Shown here in pieces: positions 6,898 through 16,442 of a stretch of 32,000 nucleotides of DNA; position 1 is the stretch's first letter; every line of letters starts with the position of its first letter. A program made the position numbers and the translations under genes. A model generated the notes under the pieces. It made no database searches, was not told the origin of the DNA, and saw only the letters and a program-made list of their open reading frames with translations. The DNA is from Clostridia bacterium. GTDB lineage: Bacteria; Bacillota; Clostridia; TANB77; UBA1234. The DNA is taken from NCBI GenBank assembly GCA_900753975.1, contig CAAEBC010000055.1, forward strand, positions 26,294 through 58,293, written 5' to 3'.

Positions 6898-8262
6898 TTA
6901 GATTGTAAAAGTTCCTCCAGGAGTATCTAATATCATAAAGACTTTCTCTTCTCTACCATTTTCAATATTTATATAAACAATAAAATTCCTATCATTCATT
7001 TTTCCTTTAAACTCATAAGCTGCAACTTCCGTCTTCCAATCAGTTGGTATAATTGTAACAGTAGAAGAAAGTATTTCAAGTTTTGAATTAATTTTCTTTT
7101 GTGCTTCTTGCATAGATATATTTACTTTTGGCAAATCCCTCTTGCGATGCGAATTAAGATAGCTTTGACTTTCCAATCCCAAAACCTCACCATTATCCAA
7201 AGCCACTTTAACCTTTACTAAATCAGGATAACAAATGATTCCGTTTTGATTAAAAGCATAATTAATTGTCAAAACACCATTCTCATTTGTAAAATATGAC
7301 TCTTTCATTTCTCCAAAGCCATGTTTTTCTAGGAAGTCTTTACCAATTGCATTTGCTTGTTCTTTCGTTACATTTTCATTTGCCACATTTCTAGAAATAT
7401 CCATCCACAAAACATGACCACCCTGCTCAGTCACATTTATATACCCATTTATTTTACTATCAAGCACAAAAGAAAAACTATACGATTTGATATTTCCATT
7501 AACAATTCCATTACTTTTAAGCTCCGTTATCCTCGTTTTATCTACATATTCATATACTTTTTCTTTTGCCTTTTCTTCACTATACACCTCACTACCAAGC
7601 CCTAGTGGTTTACTACTAGTCATATGCTCTGAAAAAGGTCCGTCATAGATAAGCCCCTCATAGTCTTGCATATCTTGTTCAATCTTAGAAAAACTGTCCT
7701 TTGAAATATTAGCAACCTCTTGTGCTAAAAATGCGGTATTTTCCTCTTTTGTAAGCTCTTTCCACGAAATACTATTACTTGCCAAATCACTAGCTAAGCC
7801 TTGAATTGTACTGTTTAAAGTTTGGCACGTCTCATAGTAATCATTTAAATTTTCATAATCATCATCTTTTAAGTTTTCGCCGTCTATTAACTTGTTAGCT
7901 AAGCTATACGAATAATCGCTAAGCTGATTAAAAAACTTAACAGCCGTATTTAAAACATTACTATCTGTAGGTATTTGTGAAAGTGAAGATTGCGCCAAAT
8001 CTGCCTTTCTCCAAATATTATTAAGTGTTTTGGCAGAATAACTTGATGTATTAGAAATCTGTGCTTTTGCAAGTAAAGTTTCAACATTTTGCGTATATTC
8101 AACAAGCTCATAAAAAGCCTTATCATACGAATTCGAAAGTGTCTGTGTAAGTTCCTTGTTCCTAATATTCAAATAAAAAGATATTCCCACAAAAATCATC
8201 AAAGCAACAAGTGCAATACGTAATCCTCCACTTAAATCTACTCTTTTATTCCAAAACTCCAT
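6898..8262 (-). CDS. ypeB: germination protein YpeB (PepSY-domain)
   Basis: An N-terminal TM helix is present. Blocks such as NSYDKAFYELVEY, NNIWRKADLAQSSLSQIP and VKVALDNGEVLGLESQSYLNSHRKRDLPK match recalled B. subtilis YpeB. The start is preferred at ATG 8262, 8 nt after GAGGTGG. No sleB is adjacent. Confidence 0.85.
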   Translation of the reverse strand: MEFWNKRVDLSGGLRIALVALMIFVGISFYLNIRNKELTQTLSNSYDKAFYELVEYTQNVETLLAKAQISNTSSYSAKTLNNIWRKADLAQSSLSQIPTDSNVLNTAVKFFNQLSDYSYSLANKLIDGENLKDDDYENLNDYYETCQTLNSTIQGLASDLASNSISWKELTKEENTAFLAQEVANISKDSFSKIEQDMQDYEGLIYDGPFSEHMTSSKPLGLGSEVYSEEKAKEKVYEYVDKTRITELKSNGIVNGNIKSYSFSFVLDSKINGYINVTEQGGHVLWMDISRNVANENVTKEQANAIGKDFLEKHGFGEMKESYFTNENGVLTINYAFNQNGIICYPDLVKVKVALDNGEVLGLESQSYLNSHRKRDLPKVNISMQEAQKKINSKLEILSSTVTIIPTDWKTEVAAYEFKGKMNDRNFIVYINIENGREEKVFMILDTPGGTFTI

Positions 8263-8362
8263 CAAAATTACCACCTCGTAAGTTATTTTGGGGTCAAAAA
8301 CTTATAATTATACACAAATGTAAAAAAATATGTTAAAATGTTCTTGATTGGAGGTAGATATA

Positions 8363-9484
8363 TTGGATAAAAAAATCGTAATATTATATGCAGCTCTTGG
8401 TGGAGGACACTTTAAAGCTGCAGAAGCAATCAAAAACTATATACTAGAAAATAAGCCAGGCTGTAGTGTAGAAATGCTAGATGCTTTAAAGTACGCAAAT
8501 AAAGCAGTAGACAAAATAATAATAAACTCATACGTAAATATGGCTCGATACTCACCAGAACTTTGGGGAAACATATACAAATTAAGTGCAAAACAATACT
8601 CAGTAGCAAACTTCAGTAATGCCGTGCAAAGACTATTATCGCTAAAACTTGTAAAATACCTAAATGAACAGAAACCCGATATAATAATTTCTACGCACCC
8701 GTTCATAACAGAAATGTGTGCTATTTTGAAAAAGAAAAATCAAGTAAACTCAAAATTAAACGTAATAATAACAGACTATGCATCACATAGATTTTGGGAA
8801 CTAAAACCAGAATTCATCGATAATTACTTTGTAGCAAATAACGAAATAAAATATAAAATGGGCTTTAACGGAATAGATTTAAATAAAATTCACGTAACTG
8901 GAATTCCTGTATCTCCAGCATTTTTGAAAAAATATGATAAAGAAAAAATCTATGAAGAATTCGGGCTAGATAAAAATAAGAAAACTGTTTTAATATTCGG
9001 TGGTGGCGAATATGGGTTATCAAATGTAAAGACCTTTTATAAAGGGCTAATAGATACAGACTTAGACATCCAGATCGTCACTGTAGCCGGTAAACGTCAA
9101 AAAAGTCAAAAGATGTTTGCAGATATCGCCAACGGTTCTAATAAAAAAGTTATCATCTTAGGCTATACTACAAAAGTGCCAGAGCTAATGAACATTGCAG
9201 ACCTTATAATATCTAAACCAGGTGGATTAACAACAACAGAGATTATAACAACACACGTACCATTTGCAATAATAAATCCAATTCCAGGTCAAGAAGAAGA
9301 AAATGCCGAATTCTTATTAAACAACGGTGCTGCTGTACAGATATTCGATGCCAAGAGCACAAAGCCATTCATAGAGCATTTACTTACAGACGAAATACGT
9401 TTAGAAAATATCAAACAAATGCAAGCCCACATCGCTAAACCAAATTCTACGAGAGATATTGTTGATGTGATTTTTAAAGAATAA
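8363..9484 (+). CDS. ugtP: diacylglycerol glycosyltransferase (UgtP / MGDG-synthase family, GT28)
   Basis: GGGH near the N-terminus, VITDYASHRFW, VTGIPV and ISKPGGLTTTEI...PIPGQEEENAEFL match recalled UgtP blocks. The start is preferred at TTG 8363, 8 nt after GGAGG; the ORF track starts at TTG 8348. Confidence 0.85.
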   Translation: MDKKIVILYAALGGGHFKAAEAIKNYILENKPGCSVEMLDALKYANKAVDKIIINSYVNMARYSPELWGNIYKLSAKQYSVANFSNAVQRLLSLKLVKYLNEQKPDIIISTHPFITEMCAILKKKNQVNSKLNVIITDYASHRFWELKPEFIDNYFVANNEIKYKMGFNGIDLNKIHVTGIPVSPAFLKKYDKEKIYEEFGLDKNKKTVLIFGGGEYGLSNVKTFYKGLIDTDLDIQIVTVAGKRQKSQKMFADIANGSNKKVIILGYTTKVPELMNIADLIISKPGGLTTTEIITTHVPFAIINPIPGQEEENAEFLLNNGAAVQIFDAKSTKPFIEHLLTDEIRLENIKQMQAHIAKPNSTRDIVDVIFKE

Positions 9485-9496
9485 CTTATATTAAAA

Positions 9497-9565
9497 AACT
9501 GCAGTTAAATTAATTACTGTCTCCCTACAGGGTGACACTTCATTAATTTCAACTGCAGTTTTTGC
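9497..9565 (+). terminator. rho-independent terminator of the glycosyltransferase gene
   Basis: Arms AACTGCAGTTAAATTAAT / ATTAATTTCAACTGCAGTT pair with one bulge and are followed by TTTTG. Confidence 0.7.
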
Positions 9566-9797
9566 TTAATTCTTACTTAATTTTTCTTCTGGAATTTCTT
9601 ATCTTTCTATTCAATAGTAATTTGCATTCCATTTTCATTCCAAATATCTCGTGTCTTATTAATTCTATCAGTCTGTGTTTTGCCAATACAATCTCTCATA
9701 ATTCTAGCATCCTCAACTGGTGTAATTGTTCTTATAAGGTTCTATAATTTTAGTTAGAGTTTACCACCCCAACTATTAACAAAGAACCGCAAAAAAT

Positions 9798-9837
9798 AAA
9801 TCCTGTAACTCTTACTACTGTAAGGTTTACAGGATTT
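9798..9837 (-). terminator. rho-independent terminator of the Lys-Glu-Thr tRNA cluster
   Basis: Stem AAATCCTGTAA / TTACAGGATTT, followed on the minus strand by ATTTTTTG. Confidence 0.65.
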
Positions 9838-9839
9838 AG

Positions 9840-9915
<76 letters not shown>

Positions 9916-9919
9916 AAAC

Positions 9920-9994
9920 TGGTGACCCGAGGGAGAGTCGAACTCCCCACTCCGCCGTGAAAGGGCGATGTCTTAACCGATTGACCATCGGGCC
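9920..9994 (-). tRNA. tRNA-Glu (anticodon UUC), CCA encoded
   Basis: Reverse complement is GGCCCGATGGTCAATCGGTTAAGACATCGCCCTTTCACGGCGGAGTGGGGAGTTCGACTCTCCCTCGGGTCACCA. The anticodon loop is CTTTCAC. Confidence 0.93.
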
Positions 9995-10007
9995 ATAAAA
10001 TAAATAA

Positions 10008-10083
10008 TGGTGAGCCATCGCAGATTCGAACTGCGGACAACTTGATTAAAAGTCAAGTGCTCTGCCAACTGAGCTAATGGCCC
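10008..10083 (-). tRNA. tRNA-Lys (anticodon UUU), CCA encoded
   Basis: Reverse complement is GGGCCATTAGCTCAGTTGGCAGAGCACTTGACTTTTAATCAAGTTGTCCGCAGTTCGAATCTGCGATGGCTCACCA. The anticodon loop is CTTTTAA. Confidence 0.93.
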
Positions 10084-10120
10084 ATCACCTTGCAAACGTG
10101 TTAATCACGACTGCTTCTCT

Positions 10121-10149
10121 ATACTACTACATTTTTTTACAGATGTCAA
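10121..10149 (-). promoter_or_regulatory. sigma-A type promoter for the Lys-Glu-Thr tRNA cluster
   Basis: On the minus strand: TTGACA (10149-10144), 17-nt spacer, TAGTAT (10126-10121). Confidence 0.5.
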
Positions 10150-10188
10150 CATGTTTTTTTAAAAAATCTTCCAAAAAATTTTTAAATT

Positions 10189-10374
10189 TTATATATTATT
10201 TAGTTTTTCAATAAGAGCATCAACGTCTATACCATGTACTAAACAAGCTTCCTCTAATGTTTCGCCTGCTGAAGCTGGACATCCTAAACAATGCATTCCT
10301 GCCTCTAATAAAATTTCAGGATATTTCTCGTTCATACCCACAATTTCTCCAATAAGCATATCTTTAGTTACCAT
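10189..10374 (-). CDS. DUF1858-type small redox protein (hybrid-cluster-protein-associated disulfide domain)
   Basis: 61 aa. The protein carries MHCLGCPAS, and TLEEACLVHGIDVDALIEKLN is typical of this family. A GTGAGGT Shine-Dalgarno is present. Confidence 0.8.
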   Translation of the reverse strand: MVTKDMLIGEIVGMNEKYPEILLEAGMHCLGCPASAGETLEEACLVHGIDVDALIEKLNNI

Positions 10375-10484
10375 ATTAATACCTCACAATCTTTATAATA
10401 TTTAAAATCGACATAACCATTTAACCACATTTTTGTTATGTTTATTAATGACACAAAATGTGTCAAATATTTTTGATAAATATC

Positions 10485-10512
10485 TAGACACGAAAAAAAA
10501 CAATGCTATAAT
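10485..10512 (+). promoter_or_regulatory. possible promoter of the plus-strand T4SS-like operon
   Basis: TAGACA (10485-10490), 16-nt spacer, TATAAT (10507-10512). Confidence 0.4.
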
Positions 10513-10536
10513 CACATTCAAAAGGTGGTGATACAT

Positions 10537-10773
10537 TTGAAAGCAAAACATATTTACCTTTTGTTAATCACTATTTTTGTTATAATCTCGGTCGTACTTA
10601 AAATACTTACGTCATTCTCAAATCAAACTTCAGTTTTTTTATACTCTTTATTTTTCCATCTAATTGTTTCAGCATACATTTGCTATAGCTGGTTTGAACT
10701 ATTCGTATTGCAAGAAAAGCAAGGTAGCAAACTAATAAAAAGTAAACAAAAACTAAATTCTGACTGGAGATGA
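10537..10773 (+). CDS. small two-TM membrane protein, first gene of the T4SS-like operon
   Basis: The ORF track starts at GTG 10525. TTG 10537 sits about 6 nt after AAAGGTGGTGA. The stop overlaps the next gene's start (ATGA). No domain was recognised. Confidence 0.45.
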   Translation: MKAKHIYLLLITIFVIISVVLKILTSFSNQTSVFLYSLFFHLIVSAYICYSWFELFVLQEKQGSKLIKSKQKLNSDWR

Positions 10774-12443
10774 TTAATATTTTTAGCACTTCTACATTTT
10801 ACAACAAAAAATTCTTCATTTCAACATTTTTATTAATTATACTAATATTAAATTTATTTCTTTTTAAAGATGTTTACGAAGAACAATCTATATCTATATT
10901 ATTCCTAGAAAAAATCCATTCAATTCCTAAAGATATTTCCAAAATTTTTAAAATACTCTACTTTTTTTCTTTAATAATTTCATGGAGCTTTTTTCTAAAC
11001 ATAATATATCAAAAGTTTATAATTCCCACTATTCCTGAAAAAACTAAAACAAATATTCAAGAAAAAAATTCATTAATAATTGGCAAGAACTTATCAGACG
11101 GTAAAATTGTTTCGATACCCGAAAAAGGACTTTATCAAAACATATTGATTACTGGAACAATCGGTACAGGCAAGACCTCTTCAGCAATGTACCCTATCAC
11201 AAAACAATTATTAAATATGGGAATTGGTATGCTAGTTCTTGACGTTAAAGGAAACTTTCACGAAAAAGTAAAAGAGCTGTCGGCAAACACAAATAAAAAA
11301 CTAATAGTGATACAACTTGGTGGTAAATATACTTATAATCCTTTAGACAAACCAAATTTAAAGCCATCTATTTTAGCTAATCGCATAAAAACAATACTTA
11401 CTCTATTTTCAAATCAAAACACAACAGACTCATATTGGCTTGACAAAGTAGAATTATATTTAACAGAATGCATAAAACTCTGTAGACTCTACAACGATAA
11501 CTATGTAACATTCATCGAACTTCATAAATTAATTAACGATTCAAAATACTTAGAAGATAAAATTTCTATTGTTAAAAATTTGTTCCTTTCCAATAGCTTA
11601 AATCAATCTCAAGTATATGATTTCAAAACATCTTTAGAATTTTTTACATCTGAATTCAAATCTCTTGATTCAAGAGTACTTTCCATTATTCAATCAGAAG
11701 TTTCAAGGATAACCCAGTTATTTGTAAGTGATTACGAAGTCGCAAAAACTTTTTGTCCAGACAAAGCTAATATCTCGTTTTCAGGATTTGAAAACTTAGA
11801 AGATAATATTGTTGTGTTAAATATGAATATAGCAGAGTATCGAAATTTATCGAAAATAATTGCGACTTACTTAAAACTAGATTTTCAATCAGAAGTTCTT
11901 ATGCGATTAGCAAAAAAAAATACTATAAAACCAGTTGCTTTTGTGTGCGATGAATATCATGAATATGCCACCCAAAACGATGCTGACTTTTTTTCAGAAA
12001 GCAGAGAAGCAAAATGTATAAATATAGTTTCCACTCAAAGCTATACCTCGCTTCTAAATGCTGTCAGAGAAAACTCAGCAGCCAAAATCATCATTCAAAG
12101 CCTAGTAAATAAAATATGGTTTCGAACTGATGATATATTCACTATCGAAGAAGCACAAAAGCAACTAGGAAAGGAGGACAAAACTAAATATAGTCACACT
12201 ATATCAGAAAATGCAAAAGAGACAAAATTTAACTATATACTTAATAACTTCAAATCAAGTAATTCCAATATTTCTGAAAGCATAAGTTCTCAAATTCATC
12301 ACGACTTTATCTATGATATCAATACTTTTTCAAGAGAACTGCGAACATTTGAAGCAATATGTTTTTTGTCAAACGGATATGAAATCTTAAAGCCACAGAT
12401 CCTACAGCTTACACCTGAATTCAAAGCAAATAGATTTATATAA
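10770..12443 (+). CDS. type IV coupling protein (VirD4/TraG/TraD family ATPase)
   Basis: N-terminal TM helices, Walker A GTIGTGKTSS, VLDVKGNF, DSYWLDK, and Walker B-like VAFVCDEYHEY are present. The size and layout match the T4CP family. Confidence 0.8.
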   Translation: MINIFSTSTFYNKKFFISTFLLIILILNLFLFKDVYEEQSISILFLEKIHSIPKDISKIFKILYFFSLIISWSFFLNIIYQKFIIPTIPEKTKTNIQEKNSLIIGKNLSDGKIVSIPEKGLYQNILITGTIGTGKTSSAMYPITKQLLNMGIGMLVLDVKGNFHEKVKELSANTNKKLIVIQLGGKYTYNPLDKPNLKPSILANRIKTILTLFSNQNTTDSYWLDKVELYLTECIKLCRLYNDNYVTFIELHKLINDSKYLEDKISIVKNLFLSNSLNQSQVYDFKTSLEFFTSEFKSLDSRVLSIIQSEVSRITQLFVSDYEVAKTFCPDKANISFSGFENLEDNIVVLNMNIAEYRNLSKIIATYLKLDFQSEVLMRLAKKNTIKPVAFVCDEYHEYATQNDADFFSESREAKCINIVSTQSYTSLLNAVRENSAAKIIIQSLVNKIWFRTDDIFTIEEAQKQLGKEDKTKYSHTISENAKETKFNYILNNFKSSNSNISESISSQIHHDFIYDINTFSRELRTFEAICFLSNGYEILKPQILQLTPEFKANRFI

Positions 12444-12464
12444 AAATTGAAAGGAGCATAAAAG

Positions 12465-12791
12465 ATGCTAAAAAAGAATCTAAAAAAAGTAATCATATTT
12501 ACGTTACTTATAACAATACTAATTTCCTCAACTTGCCTAGCTGCTACACCAAAACTAATAAATAACTTAGAAAAGAATTTAAATACCATCAAAGAATGGA
12601 TTATAAAAATATCTACACCAGCTGCTGCAGTGGCCATTGGTGTTGGGATTCTAATGAAAAAATTCAGTTTTGGAGATGAAGAGCGAATCGTTTCTGGCAA
12701 GAAACTAATTCGTAGCACATTATTTTCTTACGCATTCATACTAAGTGTAGATTTAGTTTTAAAAGCCATCGAAAGCTTATTCGGCAAATAA
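12465..12791 (+). CDS. VirB2/TrbC-like pilin candidate (call based on topology only)
   Basis: 108 aa. A signal peptide ends in CLA-AT. Two hydrophobic helices are separated by a charged loop (KKFSFGDEERIVSGKK). A strong GAAAGGAG Shine-Dalgarno is present. Confidence 0.45.
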   Translation: MLKKNLKKVIIFTLLITILISSTCLAATPKLINNLEKNLNTIKEWIIKISTPAAAVAIGVGILMKKFSFGDEERIVSGKKLIRSTLFSYAFILSVDLVLKAIESLFGK

Positions 12792-12809
12792 TGAAAGGAG
12801 TAACTAAAT

Positions 12810-13703
12810 ATGTCTGGCGATACTATACAAGAAATAGATTTAGTTGAAGTGATTTTAGAAACAACAAATTCACTATACTCTTCCATAATAAGCTCAATAG
12901 TTCAAAACATTAATCCTTTATTAGATAAACTTATTTTTGTCGATAACACAATAACTACAGATTCATATTTTGAAAAAATATTTGGCACTTCTCCAACTAA
13001 CGGAGTTTTAATGCTAACCAATTGCCTACTTTTAGCCTTTATTTTATATTATTGCATAAAACTTATTGTTGCTCCATTTACAGGAAACGAAGTAGAATCA
13101 CCAAGCAGATTTATTTTAAGAATAATAATAGCAGCAATAACAATGAATTTTTCTCTCGAAATATGTAATCTCTTAATAAATGGTACTAATCAAATAAGTG
13201 ATTTCTTTTTAAGTTTAGGTAGCAGTATTTTCAAAAAAGAAATTTCTTTCGAAACTTTAATTTCGTGCTTAAATATCAATAGTCTAGATAACTTCAATGC
13301 TTTTTCTTTAGATGGAATTTTAAGCAGTATCTTATCTATTTCTTCTTTTTCCCTATTACTTAGCTTTTCTTTACGTTACATACTTATCAAATTACTAATT
13401 CTAGCTTCGCCATTTGCATTTTTATGCTTATCTACTAAAGCAACTGAGGGCTTTCTAAAAAGTTGGTACAAAAGTTTTCTTTCTATGCTATTACTTCAAA
13501 TAGTTCTATCTGCTCTTTTAATAATTCCTTATGCACTCTTAAAAGAAGACTCTTCTTCTCTATTTAATAAAATACTCCTAATCGGCTCTATTTCGGCCCT
13601 TTTAAAATCTGGGCAATTAGTTAAAGAGTTTTTAGGAGGAATCGGAATAACGTCTAGTTTTAGTTCTGGTGTATCGGGTATTAAATCAATTTTTATGAGG
13701 TAA
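12810..13703 (+). CDS. VirB6/TrbL-like polytopic membrane protein
   Basis: 297 aa with at least five hydrophobic segments. LASPFAFLCLSTKATEGFLKSWYKSF resembles the conserved block of Gram-positive VirB6 analogues. It sits between the VirB2-like and VirB3-like genes. Confidence 0.6.
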   Translation: MSGDTIQEIDLVEVILETTNSLYSSIISSIVQNINPLLDKLIFVDNTITTDSYFEKIFGTSPTNGVLMLTNCLLLAFILYYCIKLIVAPFTGNEVESPSRFILRIIIAAITMNFSLEICNLLINGTNQISDFFLSLGSSIFKKEISFETLISCLNINSLDNFNAFSLDGILSSILSISSFSLLLSFSLRYILIKLLILASPFAFLCLSTKATEGFLKSWYKSFLSMLLLQIVLSALLIIPYALLKEDSSSLFNKILLIGSISALLKSGQLVKEFLGGIGITSSFSSGVSGIKSIFMR

Positions 13704-13705
13704 CT

Positions 13706-14098
13706 ATGAAACAAAAATTTATTTTTCCACTAAATTACGACTACTCTGCCAAATTTCTAGGCATAATTGAATATAAATTATTGACACCTCTATTAATCTA
13801 TGGAATCCTACTATTTCTCGCATTACGATACTTTGATTTAACTTTTTTCACAGCTCTAAGTATTTTCATATTCTTATTTTTTCCTATCGCTTTACTGCTA
13901 AATTCTAGATTTTACACAGAACCTTTTTATACATTTTTCATTTGCATATTATCGCATTACGCAAAAAGTAAAATCTACTTATACAAACGGGTAATTTGGT
14001 GTGGAATTAATTCAACCTGCTTTTTATACTACACTTCTAATGATTTTATATTCGTGGTCCAGAATACATATGTATCTCAATTTGTGCTTTCCCCTTAA
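13706..14098 (+). CDS. VirB3-like small membrane protein (TcpE/PrgI-type)
   Basis: 130 aa. The N-terminal FPLNYDYSAKFLGIIEYKLLTP is followed by two TM helices. The start lies 2 nt after the upstream stop. In Gram-positive T4SS loci this position normally precedes virB4. Confidence 0.5.
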   Translation: MKQKFIFPLNYDYSAKFLGIIEYKLLTPLLIYGILLFLALRYFDLTFFTALSIFIFLFFPIALLLNSRFYTEPFYTFFICILSHYAKSKIYLYKRVIWCGINSTCFLYYTSNDFIFVVQNTYVSQFVLSP

Positions 14099-14154
14099 AG
14101 CTTCATCTCTCTAAAATAAAAAGCAGAATTCCATACCAAATTGCCCGTTTGTCT

Positions 14155-14184
14155 TTGACAAGAAATAATATTTTTAGATATAAT
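14155..14184 (+). promoter_or_regulatory. sigma-A type promoter of the DnaD-domain gene
   Basis: TTGACA (14155-14160), 18-nt spacer, TATAAT (14179-14184). Confidence 0.6.
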
Positions 14185-14236
14185 ATTGCCAAACCGAGAA
14201 AAAGTGTATATTATTATTTTGCTAGGGGGCAATATT

Positions 14237-15211
14237 ATGAATTTTGAACAAAACTTATCACTAATATTTGAAAATATGTCTATACCAGAAGTCTTTATTT
14301 CAGAATACCTTTGCACTGCAAATGGTGATTATGTAAAGATTTATTTGTATTGCTCTTTTTTATGTAAACATAATGTCGACATTTCCGCCCTAGACCTTTC
14401 ACAGAAGCTTGGTATATCTATTCAAAAAGTTGAGCAAGGTTTAAAATATTGGGAAGATAATGGTGTTATGATACGTAAAGGTGAATCTTATGTTTTAGCA
14501 GATTTAAAGCAAATCGAAGTAAACAAACTATATACACCCAAACTATCCTTATCAACAGAAGATGCAATCAAAAATACAGAAAGAAATGTATATCGTTCAC
14601 AAGCAATCAGTGCAATAAATGATATGTTTTTCCAAGGACTTATGTCTGAGACTTGGTTTGCAGATATTAATCTTTTGTTTACAAAATACATGTTTGATGA
14701 AAATGTGGTCTTGTCACTATTTAATTACTGCTATGCTCGAAAGGCATTACACAGAAAATATCTATTTGCTGTTGCAGATGCTTGGGCAAAGAACAACGTA
14801 AAAACTCAAGAAGACTTAGACAGATATTCTTTATCTTACGAAAAAGCAATTCAAGTTAAACGAACAATTGCTAAAAAACTTGGGCTTACACGAAATCTTT
14901 CTGAATACGAAGAAGCTTACGTTGAAAAATGGGTTCTTGAGTTTGGCTATTCATTAGATATAATAGAAATAGCTCTTAGACGCACAACATCAAAAACAAA
15001 TCCAAGTTTTAATTACTTAGATAAAATTATTACAGATTGGCACGAAAGAAACTTAAATACTGAATCAGAAGTAAACACATTTATAAAAGAACAAAAAGAA
15101 AAAAATAAAGCCATTAAAAACATTACTACTGGTAATCAAACGGTATTGCAAGCATACAAAGACACTGCAACAGCTCAATACGATGACTTATCTAAGTTTT
15201 ATATGAACTAA
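14237..15211 (+). CDS. DnaD/DnaB_2-domain replication initiation protein (B. subtilis DnaB/DnaD-like)
   Basis: Two DnaB_2-type repeats are present: YLFAVADAWAKNNVKTQEDL and FNYLDKIITDWHERNLNTESEV. The start is set at ATG 14237, 8 nt after AGGGGG, because the ORF-track start at 14186 lies directly after the -10 box. Confidence 0.8.
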   Translation: MNFEQNLSLIFENMSIPEVFISEYLCTANGDYVKIYLYCSFLCKHNVDISALDLSQKLGISIQKVEQGLKYWEDNGVMIRKGESYVLADLKQIEVNKLYTPKLSLSTEDAIKNTERNVYRSQAISAINDMFFQGLMSETWFADINLLFTKYMFDENVVLSLFNYCYARKALHRKYLFAVADAWAKNNVKTQEDLDRYSLSYEKAIQVKRTIAKKLGLTRNLSEYEEAYVEKWVLEFGYSLDIIEIALRRTTSKTNPSFNYLDKIITDWHERNLNTESEVNTFIKEQKEKNKAIKNITTGNQTVLQAYKDTATAQYDDLSKFYMN

Positions 15212-15268
15212 ATTATTAAAGAAAGGAGTGCATGATATAAACATCATGCAAACATATATTTATAAATT

Positions 15269-16262
15269 ATGTATAAAGACACATATAAACGCATAGAACG
15301 TGAGTATGAGATTAAACGTAACCTTGCAGATAAAAATTATCGTGAACTAAAAGAAAATACATATACTTCAAACCCAAGACTAAAAGAAATCGATATAGAA
15401 ATTTCAAAATTGCGGAATACGTGCTGCAAAGCTTTCGCTTAATCAAGATGACTCGCAAAAAAAATTTACATCTGATGAATTAAAAAAAGAGATCAGCTCT
15501 TTAAAATCAGAAAAAGAAAGAATACTATCAAGTTTAAATGTATCTCTTAAGCCTGTATATACATGTGACAAATGCAACGATACTGGATTTATCTATGAAA
15601 ACGGCATAGCTAGCATGTGCTCTTGCTTTAGGCAAGAACTAATAAACGAATCATACAGTAAATCAAACTTATATAAATTAAAAGATGAATGTTTTGAAAA
15701 AGTAAACCTTAATCTATTTTCTGCAGAACCTTCTCTAGCAAAATATAATACAGAAATATCACCTAGAGAAAATATGAAGAAAATAATAGATATATCAAAA
15801 ACTTTTATAAACAACTTTGAATCTCCTGACCAGAAAAACTTGTTATTTACAGGCACTCCAGGGGTAGGCAAAACATTTATGTCTAGTTGTATTGCAAACG
15901 AAATAATAAATAAAAATTATACCGTTTTATATCAAACTTCTTCTCTATTGCTAAACAGTATTTTTGAATACAAATTTAGTAAAGAAGAAAATTCAAAAGA
16001 ATTATATGACAACTTATTTAATGTAAATCTTTTAATAATTGATGACCTTGGTACCGAAAACTTAACAGCAGCAAAGTTTGAGGAACTTTTCACAATATTA
16101 AATTCAAGACTAATCACACCAGGAACAAAAACAATTATTTCAACAAACTTATCCCTTGAAGATCTTGCTAGAACTTATGATCACAGAATACTTTCGAGGC
16201 TCATGGGTAATTTCATAGTTTTAAGGTTTTATGGCGATGACATAAGACTTATAAAACACTAA
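15269..16262 (+). pseudogene. DnaC/DnaI-like helicase loader, reading frame interrupted (+1 shift near 15413)
   Basis: Frame A (15269-15442) gives MYKDTYKRIEREYEIKRNLADKNYRELKENTYTSNPRLKEIDIEISKL, then a stop. The next frame continues GIRAAKLSLNQDD...YTCDKCNDTGFIYENGIASMCSCF (a zinc-ribbon-like segment), then the AAA+ part with Walker A GTPGVGKT and Walker B LLIIDDLG. Removing the C at 15413 would restore a single ORF. Confidence 0.65.
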
Positions 16263-16305
16263 ATTATTTTTCATATATCTTTCTGATACTAAATCTTTTA
16301 AAGAT

Positions 16306-16336
16306 AAAAAATCCAGCTCTTTAGAGCTGGATTTTT
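16306..16336. terminator. bidirectional rho-independent terminator between the helicase-loader gene and gyrA
   Basis: Stem ATCCAGCTC / GAGCTGGAT with loop TTTA, flanked by A5 and T4. Confidence 0.75.
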
Positions 16337-16442
16337 ATTAACTATCCTTTATTGGGGATAGTTAGCAGTGTTATTGAAATGTTATTGAATGAATGTTTAT
16401 ATCACATTTAATAAAACAACATATTGTAGAAGACTAAATTTA

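Noticed and set aside
9562-9750. 61-aa plus-strand ORF, and a minus-strand reading frame ending ...TPVEDARIMRDCIGKTQTDRINKTRDIWNENGMQITIE.
   Set aside because: The plus-strand ORF is low-complexity with no Shine-Dalgarno. The minus-strand frame is closed by a TAG just upstream and offers only a ~30-aa ATG-initiated product. It may be a gene remnant near the tRNA cluster, but I cannot assign it.
14186-14236. Upstream extension of the DnaD-domain ORF (ORF-track start at 14186).
   Set aside because: A strong promoter occupies 14155-14184, so transcription would start at or after 14186. ATG 14237 has a proper AGGGGG Shine-Dalgarno.
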